Shown here: in pieces, positions 8,503 through 15,837 of the stretch
Layout of the letters: each line of letters starts with the position of its first letter
How positions within the stretch are numbered: the stretch's first letter is position 1
Source of the DNA: Terriglobia bacterium
GTDB taxonomy: Bacteria > Acidobacteriota > Terriglobia > 20CM-2-55-15
Assembly (NCBI GenBank): GCA_041481485.1
Contig: JBGPBY010000001.1
Coordinates: 1 to 59,833, forward strand
DNA: 59,833 nt
Direction: 5' to 3'
Notes under the pieces: generated by a model
Told to the model about the DNA's origin: nothing
Database searches by the model: none
Seen by the model: only the letters and a program-made list of their open reading frames with translations
Position numbers and translations under genes: made by a program

Positions 8503-9021
8503 ATGGCCCGATTGCCCTACGTGGATAAAGAAAATGCAGGTCCAGAGCAGGAGAAAATACTGGCGCAGCTCACGCAAAAATCAGGAAAGATCGCCAACAT
8601 GTGGAAGTTGTGGTGCCACAGTCCGCAAACTCTGGAAGCTTTTATCACCTTTTATAAGACGGCGATGAAAGGTTCCCTGGACCCGAAGTTGCGCGAGCTG
8701 GCCTACGTCAAGGCGTCTTCCATCAATGATTGCGCCTACTGCGGCGACGCCCATAAGATTGCCGGGCGGCGGGCCGGAGTTACCGACCAGCAGATTGATG
8801 AGATCGGCCACTTTGCGGAGAGCTCGGCCTACTCCCCCATGGAAAAACTGGTTCTTCGCTATGCCGAGGAACTGACGCGCACCGCCAGAACCAGTGACGT
8901 CATCATGGAAGAACTGAAGAAGAACCTTTCGGAGAAGGATATCGTCGAATTGAACGTGGTTGTCGGAGTTGCAAACCTCACCAACCGTTTCAACATGTCG
9001 ATGATGACGGACCCGGATTAA
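8503..9021 (+). CDS. carboxymuconolactone decarboxylase (AhpD-like) family protein
   Basis: ATG at 8503 lies 5 nt after AAGGAG (8492-8497). The CxxC-containing motif SSINDCAYCGDAH is typical of the CMD/AhpD family. Confidence 0.85.
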   Translation: MARLPYVDKENAGPEQEKILAQLTQKSGKIANMWKLWCHSPQTLEAFITFYKTAMKGSLDPKLRELAYVKASSINDCAYCGDAHKIAGRRAGVTDQQIDEIGHFAESSAYSPMEKLVLRYAEELTRTARTSDVIMEELKKNLSEKDIVELNVVVGVANLTNRFNMSMMTDPD

Positions 9022-9754
9022 CGGACGGCCTGGCGATTGTCAGCAGCCTGGCAATATCCGGCCCCGTCAGCTTCACATAACTCCCTACAGCGATTTTGCC
9101 AAGGTCATAGGCCCCGATCCGTATGCGAACCAGTTTCACTACAGGATGGCCAATGGCCTTGCACATTCGCCTTACCTGACGGTTCTTGCCCTCCGTGATC
9201 GTCAATTCGAACCAGGTGTATTTCTCCGATCGGCGGACTTCGTGAACCACGGCTGGACCCGTCAATTCGTCATCACCGATATTCACCCCACGTTCGAGCT
9301 GCAGGTATTCGTCTTGCTGAACCAATCCGGAAACCTTGACGTAATAGGTTTTCGGTATTTTCGAGGTCGGGCTCAGCAGACGATCTCCAAATTCCGTGTC
9401 ATTGGTCAGTATCAGCAGGCCGGATGTGTCCATATCGAGTCTGCCAACAGGAAAAACCCATTGGTTCAATTTCTCGAGATAGTCATATACCGTGGGACGG
9501 CCGTCGCGATCGCCGTGAGAAGTCACGACTCCGGTAGGCTTGTTTAGAGCCAGGTAGACTTTCCTTTCGATTCGAAGTTTCTGCCCATCCAGGTGGACGA
9601 CGTCACGGCCGGACTCGACCCAATGTTCGGGATTTCGAATCACCTTGCCGTTTACTTTGACCCGGCCCTCGGAAATCCATTCGCGCGTTGTGGTGCGTGA
9701 CGCAATCCCTGCCCGCGACAACACACGATCGAGCGTGACCCGGGGCTTCGTCAC
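8990..9754 (-). CDS. pseudouridine synthase, RsuA/RluB family (S4 domain + catalytic domain)
   Basis: S4 region LDRVLSRAGIASRTTTREWISEGRVKVNG. Catalytic motif PVGRLDMDTSGLLILTND. The preferred GTG start at 9754 forms a GTGA overlap with the pgeF stop. The ORF is open to 9844, but that part overlaps pgeF. Confidence 0.8.
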   Translation of the reverse strand: MTKPRVTLDRVLSRAGIASRTTTREWISEGRVKVNGKVIRNPEHWVESGRDVVHLDGQKLRIERKVYLALNKPTGVVTSHGDRDGRPTVYDYLEKLNQWVFPVGRLDMDTSGLLILTNDTEFGDRLLSPTSKIPKTYYVKVSGLVQQDEYLQLERGVNIGDDELTGPAVVHEVRRSEKYTWFELTITEGKNRQVRRMCKAIGHPVVKLVRIRIGAYDLGKIAVGSYVKLTGPDIARLLTIARPSVNPGPSSSTC

Positions 9755-10515
9755 GGAGTGAGGCCGATAACCGAAAGCATGCGGCCGGTGCGCGATCGAT
9801 CTCGCCGGTAGGAATAAAACAAATCCGCACGGCATTGTGTGCACAGAGTCGAGACTGCAATCTGCTCTTCAGGAATTCCCGCTGCCAGCAGCTGTTTCCG
9901 ATTGGCAAGGGCCTGATTGAAGTGCGGCTTGTTCCATTCCGGACGAAACGTGAACGATTCGGCATCCTGAACCGCATTGACAACATCTTCACCAACTTCG
10001 TAGCAGCACACCGCGTTATGCGGGCCAATTGCCGCGACCAGGTCGGACGGAGCAATTCCGTACTTTTCCTGAATTGCTTCCACGGTTCGCTGGGCGATAT
10101 GCCCAGCTGTACCCCTCCAGCCGGCATGAACGGCTGCGGCCAGCTGCCCGCGTCGATCGGCCATCAGGATGGGAACGCAATCGGCCGTTTGAATAGCGAG
10201 CAGGGCTCCACGGACTGCGGTGATCGCGGCGTCTCCGGTTCGAGGCTCGTTGGACGCCCAGGTGTCGGTCATGTCATGCACCGTCGCGGAATGCACCTGA
10301 TTCAATTTTAGGACGGGCCACCCGGGAACACCTGCAGCTGCCAGGAAGCGCGACCGATTGATGGCGATCATCGGATTGTCAGACGACGTGGGACCGAGCG
10401 ACAGCTCGCTGTGCTCGGCGCGCCGCGTCGAAAACGCGTGGAAAACTCCCGGAATGCGGTCCAGCAGCGGAGAATGAAGCAGCGTTATCTGGGAAACGCG
10501 CTTTACCTGTAACAT
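9751..10515 (-). CDS. pgeF: peptidoglycan editing factor PgeF / YfiH (DUF152, laccase-domain) family
   Basis: GVFHAFSTR...QVHSATV...ADCVPIL...HAGWRG motifs. I chose the ATG at 10515 (MLQVKRV) because the longer ORF (to 10857) runs antisense through acpS. Confidence 0.85.
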   Translation of the reverse strand: MLQVKRVSQITLLHSPLLDRIPGVFHAFSTRRAEHSELSLGPTSSDNPMIAINRSRFLAAAGVPGWPVLKLNQVHSATVHDMTDTWASNEPRTGDAAITAVRGALLAIQTADCVPILMADRRGQLAAAVHAGWRGTAGHIAQRTVEAIQEKYGIAPSDLVAAIGPHNAVCCYEVGEDVVNAVQDAESFTFRPEWNKPHFNQALANRKQLLAAGIPEEQIAVSTLCTQCRADLFYSYRRDRSRTGRMLSVIGLTP

Positions 10516-10521
10516 GAGTGC

Positions 10522-10896
10522 ATGATTTTTGGCGTTGGCATCGACGTAATTCAGAACGACCGCATTCGCGAATCCATTCAGAAGTTTGGTTCGCGCTTTC
10601 TCAATCGAATATATACGCAAACGGAAATTGATTACTGTTCGAAGTGCGGAGATCCTGTGATTCACTACGCCGCCCGGTTCGCCGCAAAGGAGGCGGGGTT
10701 TAAGGCATTGGGAACCGGTTGGGCCGCAGGTGTGAAATGGAAAGACATTGAGGTGCAGAAGCTTTCGTCCGGAAAACCGGAACTGCATCTGTACGGTGAA
10801 GCCCTGCAGCTCGCAACCGCAATGGGCGCAACGCGCCTGCACGTATCGCTGACCCATGACCAGCTGGTTTCATGCGCGGTGGTGATGTTTGATTAG
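10522..10896 (+). CDS. acpS: holo-[acyl-carrier-protein] synthase
   Basis: MIFGVGIDVIQNDRI...FAAKEAGFKALG...LHVSLTHD is the typical AcpS pattern. Confidence 0.9.
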   Translation: MIFGVGIDVIQNDRIRESIQKFGSRFLNRIYTQTEIDYCSKCGDPVIHYAARFAAKEAGFKALGTGWAAGVKWKDIEVQKLSSGKPELHLYGEALQLATAMGATRLHVSLTHDQLVSCAVVMFD

Positions 10897-10921
10897 CTGC
10901 AAGGCTGGGACTTTTGCCGTC

Positions 10922-11136
10922 CCAGCCGCGTAAGCGGCGGCAGTTCCTTAGCCCCCGGCGTGAGCCGGGGGTAAAGAATCACAACGCCACAAAAAGTGCC
11001 GGAGGCACGACAGATATAGAGATCAACGCACTGAGCGTTACTGACCTGTCGTGCCTCCGGCACTTTGAGTTTCCGGGAATCTCAATCCACCGGCTCACGC
11101 CGGTGGCTAGCAAACTGTCGCCGCTACGCGGCTTGG
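10922..11136. repeat. repeat family B, ~215-bp nested-hairpin palindromic element (copy B1)
   Basis: Terminal inverted repeats CCAGCCGCGTAAGCGGCGGCAG / CTGTCGCCGCTACGCGGCTTGG. Internal hairpins CCCCCGGCGTGAGCCGGGGG, GTGCCGGAGGCACGACAG...CTGTCGTGCCTCCGGCAC and CCACCGGCTCACGCCGGTGG. It lies between convergent acpS and the PQQ dehydrogenase gene. Confidence 0.85.
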
Positions 11137-11164
11137 AACCGGACAAACTGTTTCACACTGCGTC

Positions 11165-12928
11165 TCAATCCGGCAAGCCGAACGTGTAGACGATATTCAT
11201 CGCGGTAACCGTGACGTACTGCTTTCCATTCACGGAGTACGTCATCGGTCCGGAAGCAACCGAGAGCCCGAGATTGGTTTGCCACAGCAGTTTTCCGCTC
11301 CGCGCATCGAGAGCCACGAACTGTCCGTCGCGGCCGCCGGCGAAGAGCACATCGGTTGCGGTGGTCAGTATGCCGCCTTCTGTGGACGGCGCCGTCAGCC
11401 GGAAATCCCAGACTTTATTGGCAGTCTTCGGATCGATAGCGCGGACTGTACTGAATACGTCGTCGCCCCGTTGACCGCCTCTTGGAAATGGACCAGCAAA
11501 ACCTGCACCGTCGTGGAACTCGGGAGGCGCTTCACCTTTCCAATAGGTGGAGGAACTGTTTTCCCAGGAAGGGATATAAAACAATCCTGTGCGTGGACTG
11601 AAGGACGGGTTGTACCAGTTGGTACCGCCTTGATTGCCGGGATAAACGAGCACACCTTCTTTAGTCGGATTCAATACTTGAATCGGTCGGCCCTTTGGGT
11701 CAAAGCCTGTTGCCCAGTTCACCTTGACGAAAGGAGCGCCCTTAAGGAACTCGCCCGTTGTCCGGTCGAGCACATAGAACATCCCGTTGCGATTGGCAAA
11801 GAGCATGACCTTGCGCGGGCGGCCTTGCCAGTCGATATCGGCCAGGACGGGTACCTGCGTCGAATCCCAATCGAATTCGTTGTGCGGAGAAAATTGATAA
11901 TGCCATTTGATCTTGCCGGTATCTGGGTCAAGAGCGATAACGGAGGCGCTGTAGAGGTTATCGCCTAACCTCGCGGCGCCATCCCAATCGGGACCGGGAT
12001 TGCCGGTTCCCCAGTAGATGAGATTCGTTTCCGCGTCGTAGGAGCCCGTGACCCAGACGGGCGCACCGCCATGCATCCAGGAATCGCCGCTCCAGGAATC
12101 GTTGCCGGGTTCGCCGGGGCCCGGCACCGTATTGAAACGCCAGACTTCCTTTCCGGTTTCCACATCCCATGCTGCTAGGAATCCTCGAACTCCATTTTCA
12201 CCGCCGGCCGTTCCGGCAATGACTCGGTTCTTCACAACCTGCGGGGCCGTCGTGAACGCATAGGCCTGTTTGATGTCGGCGGCCGGAGTGTTCCAAAGTT
12301 CCCGGCCGGTCCGGGCATCGATGGCGATCATGCGCGCATCGTACGCCGCGAGAAACAGCGTATTGCCAAGAATCGCGAGACCACGCGACAACTTGCCGCA
12401 GCACGGATTGCGCGTAGCGGCATCGTAGGCATGTCTGTAAGTCCACAGCACCGCACCGGTCGCCGCATTGATCGCAACGACATCATTGGTGTTCTTGACC
12501 AGATACATCGTGCCGTCCACTACCAGCGGCGTCGCTTCATGTTTCTCCGTCGATTGAGTAGGGTAGACCCACTTGAGTTGCAGACCCTTGGCGTTGTCCG
12601 TGTTGATCTGGCCGAGTTGGCTATAGCGCTGGCTCTTGGTCCCGCCGGAATACGACAGCCAGTTCTGCGGCTCCTGATCCGCCTTGAGGATGCGATCGAA
12701 CGTCACGTTCGCCGCGGGAATCTGCACCTGGGGACCACCGCCCCCACCTCCGCGGCCTTGACCTCCACCACCACCAGCGCCGCCACCACCACGTCCCTGA
12801 CCACCTGCAGCAGGCAAGGGAGGTTGGCCGGCCGGACCCTGAGCTGGGCCCTGCGCGACCATCACGACGGTTATGGCGACGATGAAAGTTGCAGCAAGAG
12901 CAGCAATTCTTGTTTTTCGCATCATCAT
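11165..12928 (-). CDS. PQQ-dependent dehydrogenase, methanol/ethanol (quinoprotein ADH/XoxF-like) family
   Basis: Eight-bladed propeller-type repeats. Vicinal Cys pair NPCCGKLSRG (aa 176-177). SPHNEFDWDS aligns to the TPHDEWD(F/Y)(A/D)G active-site segment. NRNGMFYVLDR motif. N-terminal anchor plus a Gly/Arg-rich linker. Confidence 0.9.
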   Translation of the reverse strand: MMMRKTRIAALAATFIVAITVVMVAQGPAQGPAGQPPLPAAGGQGRGGGGAGGGGGQGRGGGGGGPQVQIPAANVTFDRILKADQEPQNWLSYSGGTKSQRYSQLGQINTDNAKGLQLKWVYPTQSTEKHEATPLVVDGTMYLVKNTNDVVAINAATGAVLWTYRHAYDAATRNPCCGKLSRGLAILGNTLFLAAYDARMIAIDARTGRELWNTPAADIKQAYAFTTAPQVVKNRVIAGTAGGENGVRGFLAAWDVETGKEVWRFNTVPGPGEPGNDSWSGDSWMHGGAPVWVTGSYDAETNLIYWGTGNPGPDWDGAARLGDNLYSASVIALDPDTGKIKWHYQFSPHNEFDWDSTQVPVLADIDWQGRPRKVMLFANRNGMFYVLDRTTGEFLKGAPFVKVNWATGFDPKGRPIQVLNPTKEGVLVYPGNQGGTNWYNPSFSPRTGLFYIPSWENSSSTYWKGEAPPEFHDGAGFAGPFPRGGQRGDDVFSTVRAIDPKTANKVWDFRLTAPSTEGGILTTATDVLFAGGRDGQFVALDARSGKLLWQTNLGLSVASGPMTYSVNGKQYVTVTAMNIVYTFGLPD

Positions 12929-13038
12929 GGGGAAACCACCTTTTCCGGATTTAATGAATTCGCCGGTATCTTAGTACATAAAGGACTTCGAACAAAGAAC
13001 GCTGGCGGCATTCACATATGCCAACACCGCGGGTAAGG

Positions 13039-13225
13039 TTAGTTGTGTTCGCGGACAATCCGGAAACCGATATCCACTGGAGGACCCATTATTCGTCGAA
13101 CGGGAGTCCGGTAGGAGACTCTCATATATCGGCTATCGAAATTCCAGGCGCCGCCGCGCATTACGTGAGTGTCTCCTTTCGAAGAGCAAGCAAATCAGCA
13201 GTGTGAAAGTCGCCAACCTGTACAT
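13039..13225 (-). pseudogene. remnant of an FGE/SUMF1-family (formylglycine-generating enzyme-like) gene
   Basis: The ATG at 13225 encodes a signal-peptide-like MYRLATFTLLICLLF and then stops. A different frame from 13161 encodes only MRGGAWNFDSRYMRVSYRTPVRRIMGPPVDIGFRIVREHN. This matches the conserved extreme C-terminus (RGG.W...R...R......GFR.V) of FGE-sulfatase domain proteins. The roughly 250 aa in between are missing. Confidence 0.45.
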
Positions 13226-13468
13226 TTCTTAGTCTCCGGATAATTGAGGTCCAGTATAGGTCAGGGATTCCACGTCCTCCAATAGGCGCTCCATGATTTG
13301 GGGCAGTTTATCGCGAGCCGATTGCGCCGACCGGATTGATGACGAGTCGGGCTTCTGGAGCTTGCGATCATGAGAGTTCTTATCGCTGCGCTGTCAGATT
13401 CGGCCTTTGTTCGAACTTGTCCTGAAGCATATTAACTCAAAAGCTGGAGTGGTATCCTGTCTAAGGAT

Positions 13469-13885
13469 ATGAGTATGTTTAGGGTTAGTGTGGTTGCTAG
13501 AAATCCGAAACGAGAGGAGTTTGAGACTCCACCTGTCGCCGCCCTCGTCGACACTGGATCCGAACTGACATGGATTCCTGGAGATCTCCTGAGGGCTGCT
13601 GGGATCACCCCACGCCGGAAGCGCGTCTTTGCCATGGCCACTCAACAAAAGGTCGAGCGGGACGTGGGTTACGCCATTCTCAGTGCCGAGGGACATCAAA
13701 CAATTGATGAAGTGGTTTTTGCGGAACCCGGCGATATGACGCTTCTCGGTGTGAGAACTCTCGAAGGATTCGGAGTGATGGTCGACAATATCGGACACCG
13801 ATTTGTTGCAACGATAACAATTGTCGCGACGAGACCGATACAGGGATCGGTGGTCACCTCGCCGAATTCAGGCGACGAAATCTAA
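13469..13885 (+). CDS. retropepsin-like (clan AA) aspartyl protease, single-lobe 138 aa
   Basis: ALVDTGSELTWIP contains the D-T-G-S catalytic signature. The size and the LLGVRTLEGFG segment fit bacterial retropepsin-like proteases. The antisense ORF 13394-13798 is rejected. Confidence 0.7.
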   Translation: MSMFRVSVVARNPKREEFETPPVAALVDTGSELTWIPGDLLRAAGITPRRKRVFAMATQQKVERDVGYAILSAEGHQTIDEVVFAEPGDMTLLGVRTLEGFGVMVDNIGHRFVATITIVATRPIQGSVVTSPNSGDEI

Positions 13886-14004
13886 TCTTCAAAACAAAGA
13901 GAAGCCATTAGTTTATCGAAATAGTCTCTCAAACTTGTGCATTACGCTTCTGATTGCAGTCGAGTATTTGAAGCCGCCATTTCTTGAGAAGGACGGCGAC
14001 TTCG

Positions 14005-15306
14005 TCACAAACTGGCGGTGAGGCCGTCGTCGTGAAGTTCAGTGGGGTGCAATGAGATCCACTGGTTTGGAACGAGTTCCTGGGATGGATAAATCCGGAT
14101 GAAGTTGTTGCTGATGGCTTCACCCGATGTGAGTACCAACGCATCCAGTTTGCGGCCGATCATCTTCCGCCGGAACCCTTCATTCTTGCCTGCAATCAGT
14201 TTGCGCAACGCCTTGCTGCGAAACCGGGCGACGTGTTGAGGCACAGGCGAAGTCATTTCTGCGGCTGGAGTGCCGGGCCGCGCAGAATACGGAAATACGT
14301 GAAGGTACGTCAGCGGTGATTCTTCGATAAGACGATAGGTTTCTGAAAAGTCTTCGTCCGATTCTCCGGGGAAGCCCACCATCACGTCGGCGCCGATTGC
14401 CGCGTCCTCAATTTGCGATCGAATACCGGATACCAGTTCGGCGTAGTATTCCGCCGAATATGGCCGGCGCATTTGCCGGAGAGTGCGATTGGATCCGCTT
14501 TGCAGCGGCACATGAAGGTGATGAGCAATCCTGGGCTCTCGGGCAACGAGCGAAATTAACGGCGGTGTCACTTCGAGCGGCTCAATGGAACTCAATCGAA
14601 GTCGCTCGAGGCCTGGAACTTCGTCGAGTATCTGACTCACCAAATCGAACAGCGGCTGCCCCTTCCGAAGATCCCGCCCCCACGATCCCAGGTGAATTCC
14701 CGAAAGGACGACTTCCTTGTATTCGCGATCCACGAGATCCCGGATTTCCGCGATGACCGAACTCGTTTCCATGCTCCGGCTGTACCCGCGAACCGATGGA
14801 ATGACGCAGAACGAACACTTCGCATTGCATCCGTCCTGAACCTTGACGACCGCGCGAGTCCGGCCTCCGGAACCCGCATAAGCGCGTGAGGGAAGCGTAC
14901 GCAATTCGAAAATATCGCTGCAATAGACTTCGGCACGGCCAGTCGCAACCGAATCATCCTCAAGCGCAGTTAACGCAATTTCGCCGACCCGCGATTTGTG
15001 GGAATTGCCGACGACATAGTTCACTCCCGGCAGTGCGGCAATTTCCTCCGGCGATCGTTGTGCATAGCAACCGGTGACAATAATTTGCGATTCCGGATTT
15101 CTTGTCGATACCCGATGGATCAGTTGGCGTACATCGCGATCCGCTTCTTCGGTGACAGTACACGAATTCACGACAACGACATTTGCGCTGTAAGGAGAAT
15201 CCGAAACGCCGACGCCCTGCCCTACAAGCTCATCCTGAATGGATGCACCTTCGGACTGAGAAGCCCGGCAACCGAAGTTTGCGATGTGAAACGTTTTTGT
15301 CGTCAT
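14005..15306 (-). CDS. mtaB: MiaB-like radical SAM tRNA methylthiotransferase (MtaB type)
   Basis: N-terminal UPF0004 domain (FGCRASQSE...VVVNSCTVT). Radical SAM motif QDGCNAKCSFCVIP. Confidence 0.8.
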   Translation of the reverse strand: MTTKTFHIANFGCRASQSEGASIQDELVGQGVGVSDSPYSANVVVVNSCTVTEEADRDVRQLIHRVSTRNPESQIIVTGCYAQRSPEEIAALPGVNYVVGNSHKSRVGEIALTALEDDSVATGRAEVYCSDIFELRTLPSRAYAGSGGRTRAVVKVQDGCNAKCSFCVIPSVRGYSRSMETSSVIAEIRDLVDREYKEVVLSGIHLGSWGRDLRKGQPLFDLVSQILDEVPGLERLRLSSIEPLEVTPPLISLVAREPRIAHHLHVPLQSGSNRTLRQMRRPYSAEYYAELVSGIRSQIEDAAIGADVMVGFPGESDEDFSETYRLIEESPLTYLHVFPYSARPGTPAAEMTSPVPQHVARFRSKALRKLIAGKNEGFRRKMIGRKLDALVLTSGEAISNNFIRIYPSQELVPNQWISLHPTELHDDGLTASL

Positions 15307-15327
15307 CGGTCGAATGAATTAGAACGC

Positions 15328-15837
15328 TTACTTTTTCGCTCCGAACTCGGCAGCGACTTTTTTGCTCTTCTCGGCCACACTCACTTCAAACTTCGCCTTG
15401 TACTCCACGAGTTTCGTGGCCAGAGATTCATCGGCGAGCGCAAGCATCTGCACTGCGAGGATTCCAGCATTGGTAGCGCCGGACTTTCCGACTCCCATGG
15501 TGGAAACCGGAACACCCGGAGGCATCTGTACCGTCGCCATCAGCGCATCGAAACCCGACAACGGCGAACTGTCGATGGGAACTCCGATCACGGGTATGAT
15601 CGTTTCCGCTGCGGTAACGCCTGCAAGATGCGCCGATGCGCCGGCGCCGGCAATGATCACTTTCAAGCCGCGTTTGCGCGCGCTGCTGACGTACTCCAGG
15701 GTGCGATGCGGGGAACGATGGGCGCTGTAGACGCCGATTTCATAAGGAACGCCGAAGTCCTGAAGAACCTTTGCTGCCTCCGCCATGATGGGCGCGTCGG
15801 AATCGCTGCCCATAATAATGCCCACCACTGCTGTCAT
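15328..15837 (-). CDS. purE: N5-carboxyaminoimidazole ribonucleotide mutase (class I PurE)
   Basis: GIIMGSDSD, SAHRSP and AGAGASAHLAGV motifs. The ATG overlaps the purD stop (ATGA). Confidence 0.9.
   Translation of the reverse strand: MTAVVGIIMGSDSDAPIMAEAAKVLQDFGVPYEIGVYSAHRSPHRTLEYVSSARKRGLKVIIAGAGASAHLAGVTAAETIIPVIGVPIDSSPLSGFDALMATVQMPPGVPVSTMGVGKSGATNAGILAVQMLALADESLATKLVEYKAKFEVSVAEKSKKVAAEFGAKK

Noticed and set aside
13229-13390. Minus-strand open frame ...KLQKPDSSSIRSAQSARDKLPQIMERLLEDVESLTYTGPQLSGD
   Set aside because: No usable start codon follows the upstream in-frame TGA except a Met 22 codons from the end. I recognise no family. It is noted only as probable gene debris.
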